From: Pristiophorus japonicus
Taxonomy: Eukaryota
Assembly: GCF_044704955.1 (NCBI RefSeq)
Contig: NC_091985.1
Coordinates: 64,356,001-64,420,000 of the forward strand
Reading direction: 5' to 3'
Length of the DNA stretch: 64,000 nucleotides
The translations under genes were made by a program, and so were the position numbers. The notes beneath the pieces were generated by a model, which was not told the DNA's origin, searched no databases, and saw nothing but the letters and a program-made list of their open reading frames with translations. Positions within the stretch are counted from its first letter, which is position 1. Every line of letters begins with the position of its first letter. Of the stretch, positions 49,101 to 60,396 are shown piece after piece.

Positions 49101-52100
49101 GATTTCTTGGTGACTATCTTATATTAATGGCCTCGAATTATCTTCTTCCCCACAAGTGGAAACATTCTCTCTGTATCCACTCTATCAAAACCTTTCATAA
49201 TTTTAAAGACCTCTATTGGGTCACCCCTCAGACTTCTGTTTTCAAGAGAAAAGAGACCCAACTTGTTCATCTTTCCCTAATATGTATCCCTCGCATTTCT
49301 GGTATCATCCTTATAAATCTTCAGTGCATTTATATCATTTTTATAATATGGTAACCAAAACTGTATGCAGTACTCAAAGTGTAGTCTAACCAAGATTTGA
49401 TACAGATTTAACATAAATTCCCTACCTGTAGAAATAAACTCTAGTGCTTTTCTATGGCCTTGCTAACCTGTGTCACAACATTTAATTTGTGTATTTGTAC
49501 TCCGAGATCCCTTTGTTCCTCTACCCCACCTAGACTCGCACCCTTCAAGTAATAAGTGACCTCCCTATTCTTCCTACCAAAATGTAATACCTCACATTTA
49601 TCTGTGTTGAACTTCATTTGCCAATTATATGCCCATTCTGCAAGTTTATTAATGTCCTCCTGTAATTGTTGCAGTCCTCCTCAGTATTAACTATCCCCCC
49701 AATTTGGTGTCATCTGCAAAGTTAGAAATTGTGTTTTTGATTCCAATGTCTAAATCGTTAATATAAATTGTGAACAGTGGTCCCAACACTGATCCTTGTG
49801 GAACACCACTACCCACCTTCTGCCACTGTGAATAGCTACCCTTTACCCCTACTCTCTGCTTTCTGTCTTGAAGCCAGCTAGCTATCCAGTCTTCTACTTG
49901 TCCCCTGACTCTGCATTCTCTGACCTTCTTCATCAGTGTATTATGGGGTACCTTATCGAAGGCCTTTTGAAAATTTAGGTAAATTACATCTACTGCATTA
50001 CCATTGTCTACTCTCTCTGTTACCTCTTCAAAAAATTCAATGAGGTTGGTCAAGCAAGACTTTCCCTTTTGAAATCCATGCTGACTATTCATTACTATTT
50101 TTTTGGTTTCTAGATGTTCTATTTTCTCCTTTAATAGGGATTCCATTATATTTCCTACCACCGATGTTAAGCTGACTGGTCTATAATTCCCTATACATGT
50201 TCTATCCCCCTTCTTAAATGCAGGTTGAACCTCCCTTATGCGGAACCCTCGGGACCTGGCCTGTTCTGGATAAGGGATTTTTCAGGACGAGAGGTGGTCA
50301 CGTTAAATTGGATGGTACAGGTACTGAAGTAAGGGGATATCGGGGCTAGTTGGCTCGGGGCTGGGAGTGCGGCAGAGATCATGGGGGCGAGGCGGTGGAT
50401 CGCGGGGTCAGGCTAACAATTGCGGGAGTCGGCAGCGAGTAAGGACTTCGATTTGTTCATGTCAGAGTTCTGCGCATGCACCACCCAGTGGCCGGGAATG
50501 GTTCCGGACGAGGGGTGGTTCTGGATAAGGGAGGTTCAACCTGTATAGTATTATGTTAGCTATCCACCAGTCCTCTGGCACTACACCTTTTTCGAGCGAA
50601 TTATTAAAGATGTGTAGTAATGCCTCTGCTATCTCTTCCCTAGATTCTTTTAAAATGTGTGGATGCAATCCAAGGGATTTTATCCTCTTTGAGTTTGATT
50701 AGTTTATTTAATATGTCCCCTCTTTTTATTTTAAATGCACTTATCTCATCATCCAATGTCATGTCCACCTGTTCTATCTCCCTGGTAAATAATGAAGCAA
50801 AATAATTATTTAATATTTCTGCCATCGTTACCTGTGGTATTACCCTGTCTATTGCTTAATGGCCATATTCCCATCCCAATCTTCCTTTTTTTATTGATGT
50901 GCCTGTAAATTATTTTACTATTGTTTTATGCTCCTTGATAATTTAATTTCTTTTGTCTCTGGGTTAGGGTAGAGGGAAAAATATATAGATGACGCCCCAC
51001 ATTTTCACCATCAAGCGACCTTCTGCAAATACAAACATGCAGACTACTGGCTGAGGGCAAGGTTGACACTGGCTTTGATGGCCCCAAGTCAAATATGCTA
51101 TCAACACATAACTGTCCATGTTCACCAATAAAGAATAATCACTTGAATAAGCCACTGGAGCGCTACTGCTTCTGGAAGTGTACCCAGATCAAGTGATCAT
51201 CTTAAGGATAAGAGGGCAGAAAATTGGGAAAGAAGAAAGAAATACCTTGCAGGGCCAAATCCATTTGCCGCTGCTTGTCCTCGCCTAAATCTGCCAGCTG
51301 GTCCACCTCTACTCGGTGACCCTAGATCCTTAGGTCCTCCAAAAGCATCTCTGCTGCCTCTTCCTCTGCCACCTCTGGCCATTCGCCCGCCTTTTCCTCT
51401 TCCTTTACCTCCACGGCCCCTGCTCAAAATAGTAGCATTACATTTTACTTCTCTTCACTGCATATTACATTTAGTATAAGATGGCACTATAATCCAAACA
51501 GCAGAAAATATTCAGGGACTTGGACTTTTAATAAATAAGTCCGTCCAGTACCATTGCAATATGGAATTAATTAGTAAGTTATTTTCCCCAACTATCCATC
51601 TCGGTTTAAAAAGTTAAACGTTAAGTATTTTCCCACATCCAAGTGCAATTATTTTCCTGAATACAGGTCTTAGAAATTGGCCAGAAAACAAATGCATACT
51701 TTTGGCCATTTAGCTTAGAAGAAACAAGTAGTGGACTATTTGTATGATTCATAGGTATTTTCCAGTAATAGAAAACATAGAACATAGAAAAAATAGAAAA
51801 TAGGTGCAGGAGTAGGCCATTCGGCCCTTTGAGCCTGCACCACCATTCAATATGATCATGGCTGATCATGCATTTCAGTACCTCATTCCTGCTTTCTCTC
51901 CATACCCCTTGATCCCTTTAGCCGTGAGGGCCACATCTAACTCCCTTATGAATATATCTAACGAACTGGCCACAACAACTTTCTGTGGTAGAGAATTCCA
52001 CAGGTTCACCACTCTCTGGGTGAAGAAGTTTCTCCTCATCTCGGTCCTAAATGGCTTATCCCTTATCCTTAAACTGTGACCCCTGGTTCTGAACTTCCCC

Positions 52101-55100
52101 AATATCGGGAACATGCTTCCTGCATCTAACTTGTCCAATCCCGTCAGAATTTTATATGTTTCGATGAGATCCCCTCTCATTCTTCTAAATTCTATTGAAT
52201 ACAAGCCTAGTTGATCCAGTCTTTCTTCATATGTCAGTCATGTCATCACGGGAATCAGTCTGGTGAACCTTCGCTGCACTCCCTCAATAGCAACACATCC
52301 TTCCTCAGATTAGGAGACCAAAACTGTACACAATATTCAAGGTGTGACCTTATCAAGGCCCTGTACAACTATAGTAAGATCTCCCTGCTTCTATACTCAA
52401 ATCCTTTCGCTATGAAGGCCAACGTGCCATTTGCTTTCTTTACTGCCTGCTGCACCTGTATGCCAACCTTGGCACCCAGGTCTCGTTGCACCTCCCCCTT
52501 TACCAATCTGTCACCATTCAGATAATAAACAGCCCTCCTGTTTTTACCACCAAAGTGGATAACCTCACATTTATCCACATTATACCGCATCTGCCATGTA
52601 TTTGCCCACTCACCCAACCTGTCCAAATCACCCTGCAGCCTCTTAGCATCCTCCTCACAGTTCACACTGCCACCCAGCTTAGTGTCATCTGCAAACTTGG
52701 AGATATTACATTTAATTCCTTTGTCTAAATCATTAATGTACATTGTAAATAACTGGGGTCCCAGCACTGATCCTTGCGGTACCCCACTAGTCACTGCCTG
52801 CTATTCTGAAAAGGACCCGTTTATTCCTACTCTCTGCTTCCTGTCTTACAACCAGTTCTCTATCCACGTCAGTACATTACCCCAATACCATGTGCTTTAA
52901 TTTTGCACACTAATCTCTTATGTGGGACCTTGTCAAAAGCCTTTTGAAAGTCTAAATACACCACATTCACTGGCTCCCCCTTGTCCACTCTACTAGTTAC
53001 ATCCTCAAAAAATTCTAGAAGATTTGTCAAGCATGATTTCCCTTTCATAAATCCATGCTGACTTGGACTGATCCTTTCACTGCTTTCCAAATGCGCTGCT
53101 ATTTCATCTTTAATAATTGATTCCAACATTTTCCCCACCACCGATGTCAGGCTGACCGGTGTATAATTCCCTGTTTTCTCTCTCCCTCCTTTTTTAAAAA
53201 GTGGGGTTACATTAGCTACCCTCCAGTCCATAGGAACTGTTCCAGAGTATAGAATGTTGGAAAGTGACCACCAATGCATCCACTATTTCTAGGGCCACTT
53301 CCTTAAGTACTCTAGGATGCAGACTATCAGGCCCTGGGAATTTATCGGCTTTCAATCCCATCAATTTCCATAATACAATTTGCTGACTAATAAGGATTTC
53401 CTTTAGTTCCTCCTTCTCGGTAGACCCTCGTTCCCCTAGTATTGGTTTCATACCAATTTAACATCAAAATGTTAAATTGGTATGAAACCAATTAGTTCAC
53501 TTAAGCACAGAAAGGTTTGTAAAATAAAGTTTATTTGTTTTCAAGATATCTTAGGATAGCTAACAGTTTGTGGAACTCACTTTAGTGGTAACATTTTCAG
53601 CTCATTATATTTCCTAAATTATGCATGTCCATGTTATTTCTGATACGATGACATTTCCTCAAACATTATAAGAACATAATAAAAAGGAGCTGGAGTAGGC
53701 CATTTGACCCTGCTCTGCCATTCAACAAGATCATGGTTGATTTACCTCAACACCTTTCCGCACTATCCCCATATCCCTTAATTCGCCAAAATTTATCGAC
53801 CTCAGTCTTGAATATACGCACTCTGGGGTAGAGAATTCCAAAGATTCACAACCCTTTGAGTGAAGAAATTTCTCCTCATCTCAGTACCTACCAGCCGACC
53901 CCTCATGCTGAGACTGTGACCCCGTGTTCTAGATTCCCCAGCCAAAGGAAACATTTTCTCAGCACTGTCAAGCCCTATAAGAATTTTATATGTTTCAATT
54001 AGATCACCTCAATCTTCTTAACTCTAGGGAATATAGGCCTAGTTTGCTCAATCCCTCCTCATAGGGTAATCCCCTCATCCCAGGAACCAGAGAAATGAAC
54101 CTTCATTGTACTCCCTCTAAGGCAAGTGTGTCCTTCCTACATTACAACAGTGACTACACTCCAAAAGTACTTCATTGGCTGTAAAGCACTTTAAGACATC
54201 TGGTGGTCCTTCCTTCCTTTCTTCCTTCCGTAAGGAGACCGGAACTGTATATAGCACTCCAGGTGTAGCCTCGCCAATGCCCTGTATAATTATAGTAAGA
54301 TTTATTTACTCTTATACTCTAATCCCTTTGTAACAAAAGATAACATACTATTTGCTTTCATCTTTGCTTTCATCATTGCTTTCTGTACCTGCATGTTAAC
54401 TTTCTGTGATTCATGTACAAGAACACTCAGGTCCCTCTGAATGCAAACATTTCCCAGTCTCTTACCATTTAAAAAATATTCTACTTTTTTGTTTTTCCTA
54501 CCAAAGTGGATAACTTCACACTTCCCCACATTGTATTCCATTTGCCATGTTCTTGCCCACTCAGTCAACCTGTCTATATCTCTCTGCAGCCTCTTTTCGT
54601 CCTCCCCACAGCTTATTTTGCCACCTAACTTTGTACCATCAGCAAATTTGAATACGTTACACTCAGTCTCTTCATCCAAGTCATTAATATAGATTGTAAA
54701 TAGCTGAGCCCAAGCACTGATCCTTGCGGTACCCCACTAGTTACAGCTTGCCAACCCGAAAAAGTCCTGTTTATTCCTACTCTGTTTTCTGTCCATCAAC
54801 CAATGTTTAATCCATGCTAATATATAACCCCCAATTTCACGAGTCCTAATTTTGTGTAATAACCTCTTGCTTTTTGAAAATCCAAATACTACATCTACTG
54901 GGTCCTCCTTATAAGAACATAAGAACATAAGAATTAGGAACAGGAGTAGGCCATCTAGCCCCTTGAGCCTGCTCCGCCATTCAACAAGATCATGGCTGAT
55001 CTGGTCGTGGACTCAGCTCCACTTACCCGCCCTCTCCCCGTAACCCTTAATTCCCTTATTGCTTAAAAATCTATCTATCTTTGACTTGAAAACATTCAAT

Positions 55101-56754
55101 GAGCCAGCCTCAACTGCTTTCTTGGGCAGAGAATTCCACAGATTCACAACCCTCTGGGAGAAGAAATTCTTTCTCAACTCGGTTTTAAATTGGCTCCTCC
55201 GTATTTTGAGGCTGTGCCCCCTAGTTCTAGTCTCCCCCACCAATGGAAACAACCTCTCTGCCTCTATCTTGTCTATCCCTTTCATGATTTTAAATGTTTC
55301 TATAAGATCACCCCTCATCCTTCTGAACTCCAAGGAGTAAAGACCCAGTCTACTCAATCTATCAGCATAAGTTAACCCCCTCATTTCTCGAATCAGCCTA
55401 GTGAATCGTCTCTGTACCCCTTCCAAAGCTAGTATATCCTTCCTTAAGTAAGGTGACCAAAACTACACGCAGTACTCCAGGTACGGCCTTACCAATACCT
55501 TATACAGTTGCAGCAGGACCTCCCTGCTTTTGTACTCCATCCCTTTCGCAATGAAGGCCAACATTCCATTTGCCTTCCTGATTACCTGCTGCACCTGCAA
55601 ACTAACCTTTTGGGAAAAAAAGAGTTTCATGCACAAGGAGCCCCAGGTCCCTCTGCACCACAGCATGTTGTAATTTTTCCCCATTCAAATAATATTCCCT
55701 CTTACTGTTTTTTTTCCCAAGGTGGATGACCTCACACTTTCCGACATTGTATTCCATCTGCCAAACCTTAGCCCATTCGCTTAACCTATCCAAATCTCCT
55801 TGTAGCCTCTCTGAGTCCTCTACACAACCCGCTTTCCCACTAATCTTAGTGTCATCTGCAAATTTTGTTGCACTACACTCTGTCCCCTCCTCTAGGTCAT
55901 CTATGTATATTGTAAACAGTTGTGGTCCCAGCACTGATCCCTGTGGCACACCACTAACCACTGATTTCCAACCGGAAAAGGATCCATTTATCCCGACTCT
56001 CTGCTTTCTGTTCGCCAGCCAATTCTCTATCCATGCTAATACATTTCCTCTGACTCCGCATACCTTTATCTTCTGCAGTAACCTTTTGTGTGGCACCTTA
56101 TCGAATGCCTTATCCATCCTACTAGTTACATCATAAGCAAGTTTGTAAAATCTCACCGTCAAGGATTTTTTACATGAAGTGCAACTAGTTTATAAACCAC
56201 TAAAACACCCCAAACAGGAATTTATAAGTAATGAGTTATTCCAAAGCAAACATCTGATTGAGTGGATGATATTAAACCAAAAAAGGTCACATGGCTTATA
56301 AGAACATAATGGTCGTTAGATGACATAATAGCCCTGAAAACCAAGTTTTTGAAATGTGTATTACACATTTCAGGGGCTGCAGCAATTCAGATGGGGGCCT
56401 TTACTGCATCCAAAATGGCCCCAAATATAGATACTAATGCTATTAATGCACAACAGTGATGTGATCACTCCAAGTTGATCAAGGATTAATCCACGTTATC
56501 TTGTAGAATCATTCAAATGATTTCAATTGATTGCCAACAAATGACATGATCACTGTGTATTTATATGATTTCATTGCTCCACATACTTCTCAACCTGTTG
56601 TGCCAAGGCTTTTTTTTTAAAAACCTTATTTCAAATGGACCTTTACCATATTTCATTTTACCAACCTATTTATATCGAAATGTCCAAAATCATATATCCA
56701 TACATTAGCTTACCTAATGTTGTCACCGCCACCAGTCTGTTCATCAAAATCCAT
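46058..56754 (-). CDS. Uncharacterised 200-aa RG/RGG- and proline-rich low-complexity protein; complement(join(46058..46148,46452..46601,48087..48233,51246..51419,56714..56754))
   Basis: Five exons (41+174+147+150+91=603 nt), all with AG acceptors and GT donors, splice into one frame: [35 protein letters not shown]...[14 protein letters not shown]...FRSGG(P11)[23 protein letters not shown]...[16 protein letters not shown]. The exons are GC-rich islands in AT-rich introns. Confidence 0.88.
46452..46601 (-). CDS. RGG/Pro gene coding exon 4 (polyproline, includes (CCT)9)
   Basis: Encodes FRSGGP11[33 protein letters not shown]; cttgcag acceptor and GG|GTAAGT donor. Confidence 0.88.
47075..47540 (-). 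mobile_element. Old L2 LINE fragment
   Basis: Encodes [27 protein letters not shown]. Confidence 0.65.
48087..48233 (-). CDS. RGG/Pro gene coding exon 3
   Basis: Encodes [48 protein letters not shown]; gttttag acceptor and AG|GTAAGG donor. Confidence 0.88.
48845..50960 (-). mobile_element. CR1 LINE (older family) with a nested MITE
   Basis: ORF 49691-50161 with [26 protein letters not shown] and FADD. Confidence 0.9.
50221..50543. mobile_element. Second copy of the pogo/Tigger-like MITE
   Basis: Same TIRs and interior as 38094-38427; left TA mutated to TG. Confidence 0.88.
51246..51419 (-). CDS. RGG/Pro gene coding exon 2 (RGG box)
   Basis: Encodes [28 protein letters not shown]...NGFGPA; gagcag acceptor and AG|GTATTT donor. 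Confidence 0.88.
51768..53443 (-). mobile_element. CR1 LINE (TTTCTATG family), 5'-truncated
   Basis: RT and C-terminal ORF fragments; extended CTATGTT-type tail. Confidence 0.93.
53441..53492. repeat. Perfect 24-bp inverted repeat with a 4-nt loop
   Basis: ATTGGTTTCATACCAATTTAACAT-CAAA-ATGTTAAATTGGTATGAAACCAAT. Confidence 0.97.
53667..56135 (-). mobile_element. Older CR1 (53667-54910 and 56110-56135) containing a younger CR1 (54911-56110) and a SINE tail fragment (about 54137-54225)
   Basis: Host frame [15 protein letters not shown] is split by an element with an AAGAACAT-repeat tail (on +). Confidence 0.88.
56714..56754 (-). CDS. RGG/Pro gene coding exon 1 ([13 protein letters not shown])
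   Basis: ttgcag|ATG acceptor directly before the start codon; AG|GTAAGC donor. Confidence 0.8.
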
Positions 56755-56859
56755 CTGCAAATCAAAATTAAAAAAAAATATTCAAGTTGCCTTGCTTAGT
56801 ACATTTCACCAAAGCTCATTAACCCCCAACTAAGCCCCATCACAAAAATCAGCCCTTTC

Positions 56860-57500
56860 TAGCCTGCACTATGAGAGCGCTGACCCAGCTCCTTACCATT
56901 CAACTTCCCCTTTTCATTTCCATGATCAGTAGGATCATCAACCATCTCTACCCTGACTCAGTGCCGTATCTTTCAAAACCACCAGCAACAACCCCCTCAA
57001 AAAAATCTACTCTCAACCACTCCATTCTCAACGACTGCTGATCTCTAACTTTCCCTTTCTCTCGAAAGTCTCTAAAGCATTCCAACTATGCTCCCACCTC
57101 CATCACCACATTCTGTTCAAAGCCCTTAACTATGTTTCCGTCCTACTCACAGTACAGAAGCACTTATCCTATGTGCTAGTGACCAATGTTGACTGCCCCT
57201 CCTCAACTTTCAACATTGTCAACCCACTCCATTTTTCTCGATTGTTTCATCTCCAAAGTTCATGTTTGTGGCATGCTCTTTGCTGGTTCAATTTCTTACT
57301 GTTGTACCATAGACATTACATTGCTTCAACTGGCTTCTTCGTGCATATCTGCACAATTGTTTCTGGTATATCCTGGTATTCTCATCTTGGCTCTCTGCTC
57401 CTCATCATTTACAAGCTACTCCTTGGTAATGTTATCCATGGGATTTGCTTTCACATGTATGCTGATGACACCCACTCTACCGTGCCACCTCTGCTTCATT
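56860..57500 (+). mobile_element. Old L2 RT fragment
   Basis: Encodes ISNFPFLSKV, HSTEAL and FHMYADDT. Confidence 0.65.
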
Positions 57501-57874
57501 GCCTGGTGCTGTCCCCAACTCCCTCCACTCCAAGATGGTAGAAAGCAAACTAGATGGACCGAATATCTGGCAGAATACAAGCAGTTAAGTGTTGGACAAG
57601 CTGCAGCTCATGAATGATGGATAATAGGAAGGCAGCAAAGAGACATTTGAAAAATGGGGTCTAATAGTGACAAAGCATGGCTAAGAGTTTTAGTGACGGT
57701 GGTACTGAGGGGCAGAGGCAAGTAATGTGGAAATAAGTGGTCTTCGTGATGGATAGGACGTACATTTGAAGCTCAGTTTTGAGTCGATCAGAACACCATC
57801 TAACCAGTCCTACACTATGTAGTTGACTCTTAATGCCAGTAGGGCAACTAGGAATTGACAATAGTGTCTTTAAG

Positions 57875-58188
57875 TGTCAGCTGTGGCCCAGTGGACAGCA
57901 GTCTTGCCTGAGTCAGAAATAGGTGAGTTCAAGCCCCACTCCATAGATTTGAGCACATTTATTATAAAGGAAGAGGCACTGTTTCAGATGAGACAGTAAA
58001 CTAGGCCTCGTCTGCCCTCTCATGTGGACATCAAAGATGTCAAGGCACTATTGGTGTACAAATTGACTTCTACATTTCCCTACATTACAACAGTGACTAC
58101 ATTTCAAAAAGTGCTTGTTTGACCATGATGTGCTTTAAGACATCTTGAAGTCTTGAAAGCCACTATATAAATGAAAGTACTTTCTTTC
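57875..58188 (+). mobile_element. Deu-domain tRNA SINE (internally deleted)
   Basis: GTGGCCCAGTGG A box, GTTCAAGCCC B box and the same 3' tail as the other copies. Confidence 0.7.
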
Positions 58189-59371
58189 AATGGAGGATGG
58201 CGGCATGACTGACCGTATCAAATGCTACGGAGAGATTAATGAAGACAAGGAGGGATCATGAATCATAGTCACAGTGAATGTAATTGGTGACTTTAGTCAT
58301 TGTTGTCTTCAAACTTGTGAGCAATGCAGAAGCTGGACTGTGAGAATTCAAACAAGGAGCTTTTGGAGAATGGGTTACAGAGCAGATTGAGGACAACATG
58401 TCTGAAGATCTCAAGACAGGAAAGGAAGGTTAGAGAAGTGGTAGTAGTTAAAGAGAATGCATAGTTTGAGGGTATTTTCTTTTAGGAGGGGTGACAATGA
58501 CAGTTGACAGAGGGTGGGATCAATGAGCAAATAGCACCATTAACAATGTTAGCTAGCAAGGGGGCCAGGAGAGGTAGTTAATTGTGATTAGGAGTTAAAT
58601 GGGGAGGTAATTGAGGGAGCAGAAGACATGAGCCTATAGAGAATGTAATGATGGGAGTGAGAAACTATGAAGTATCAGGAATTGGAGCTGGAGTGAGTGG
58701 GCTACTGGAGACATGTCAGGAGCAGGAAGAGAGGAAGGGGAGGTCATGTCATAAGCAGATGCATGACATTTTCAATCTGAGGCTAAGAAATCCATAAACC
58801 ACTTGGTATCTGAGGTTAGCATGAAGGTGTGGGCAAAAGTTTCAGTGAGAGAAAAGGAGACATAGGTATATAATTGGTTTTGAAACATAACTGGAAAGTA
58901 GATATTTTGTTTTATGGAAATGGAGTTAGTTTCATAAATAAATATCATCCATTACCTATAATAAAGGTTTGCAGAACAAGCAAATGGAATGAAAAACAAA
59001 AGTTTTGAGTGTTTTCTGCATCCTTGATTTACAGGAGGAGCTACTATCCATTTTTTCTCTTTGGGGTTGAGGAAAGAGAGAGGCAAATAAGTGAAATTTA
59101 GGACCAGCATCACACACCAATTCTGAGAGAGTTAAACTTTAGGTTAACAATCTGCTTATCGTGAAAGGAAAATGTGAAAGGATCATTTCGTGTAGGGAGA
59201 CGGGGAAGCTGCAAAGTGGACACACTGACAGAGAATGAATCAGGTTGAAGTCAACTGGGGGTGGAGTGAGGGTAAAACGAAACAACTCACTGTTGCTGTT
59301 CTGACACCTACACAATAGAATACGATAAACGGGACTGTTTAAACACAGGAACCGGTTATTAATACATTCGC

Positions 59372-59488
59372 GTTCTGACGAAGGGTCATCGACCCGAAAC
59401 GTGCACAGATGCTGCCTGACCTGCTGAGATTTCCAGCATTTTCTGTTTTTATTCCAGATTCCAGCATCCGCAGAATTTTGCTTTTTTG
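59372..59488 (+). mobile_element. Penelope-like element terminal fragment with a hammerhead-ribozyme core
   Basis: CTGACGA-A-GGGTC-ATC-GACCC-GAAAC followed by GATGCTGCCTGACCTGCTGAG..TCCAGCA; flanked by the direct repeat TATTAA(T/C)ACATTCGC. Confidence 0.7.
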
Positions 59489-59794
59489 TATTAACACATT
59501 CGCTCGGCGTTCTGGTTAAGAGCATCAATGGGTGTATTCTTTTAAATGGAGAGTATTTCGCATTTCTAACGCATATTACTGATATTTACAAAGGATCTAG
59601 TTTTTTTTTAAACATTGCCAAATATGAGAAAAAGTTTGTCGGAAACACTTGGGGATGGACGAGAGTCAGTCAGTGAGATCCCGGCTCAAGACAAAGGACC
59701 CAGCTCAAAGCCTGGGCCGCGGCTTTAAATCCCCCACCGCAGCGCAGCGCTCGGACAGCGAGAGTGAGAAAGGCGCGCTTGATTGCATACTTGC

Positions 59795-59960
59795 CTCCAC
59801 TGTGCAGGTGGGATTAAAGGTAAAAGGCGCGCTCTTTAATTTAAAAAAAAACTTCCCTCGAGTCAAACCACACGCGGTGCATGAACGGTTTTTAATTCCA
59901 AAGGAAAGTCCCAATGATGCTAGCTAACGGTAACCGCTGACCACAAAATGGCGAGTTACT
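59795..59960 (-). other. Putative non-coding first exon of the RGG/Pro gene (GC donor)
   Basis: Starts at a CGCCATTTT (YY1-type) motif and ends at GAG|GCAAGT. Splicing to 56754 would give a strong GAGATGG Kozak context. The transcription start is only estimated. Confidence 0.5.
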
Positions 59961-60286
59961 GCGCGGCTCAACCAAACTTTGGCTCTGCCAACCCCGCCCC
60001 CTCCTCTTTCCTGATTGATGGTTCGCTTTCCGTTTGTTGACGCCTACTCCCGAAGCGGGCCGTTGATTGGACGCAGTCCACGTCAATTACATCTCACCGC
60101 CAGCTCTGGAGACAGAATTGATCAAATTCGGAGTCAGGGAGGCGGCTGAACCAATCGCACGAGGCCGTATTGGGAGGTGGAATCAGACCAGCCGATGGAA
60201 ATTGTCCAATCAAATCCGCAGCAAACACGCGGTGCTCAGTGACGCCAGCAAGTTGGCTGGAACAAGTGTGTTGTGTGGTATGTGAA
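59940..60286. promoter_or_regulatory. Bidirectional CpG-rich promoter shared by the RGG/Pro gene (-) and UTP25 (+)
   Basis: YY1-type AAAATGGCG at 59945-59953; GC box CCCCGCCCC at 59992-60000; CCAAT/ATTGG boxes at 60066, 60151, 60169 and 60206 in both orientations. Confidence 0.75.
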
Positions 60287-60396
60287 ATGGGGAAAAGAAA
60301 GAGCAGTGGACGGTCGCGGGAGAGTGGGAGCAACTTAACCAAGAAACAGATGAAACACCTCCGGGAATTCGGGGAGGAACATCCCTTTCACGATAA
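60287..60396 (+). CDS. UTP25: UTP25 coding exon 1
   Basis: GAAATGG start; encodes KHLREFGEEHPFHD; AA|GTGAGT donor. Confidence 0.93.
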
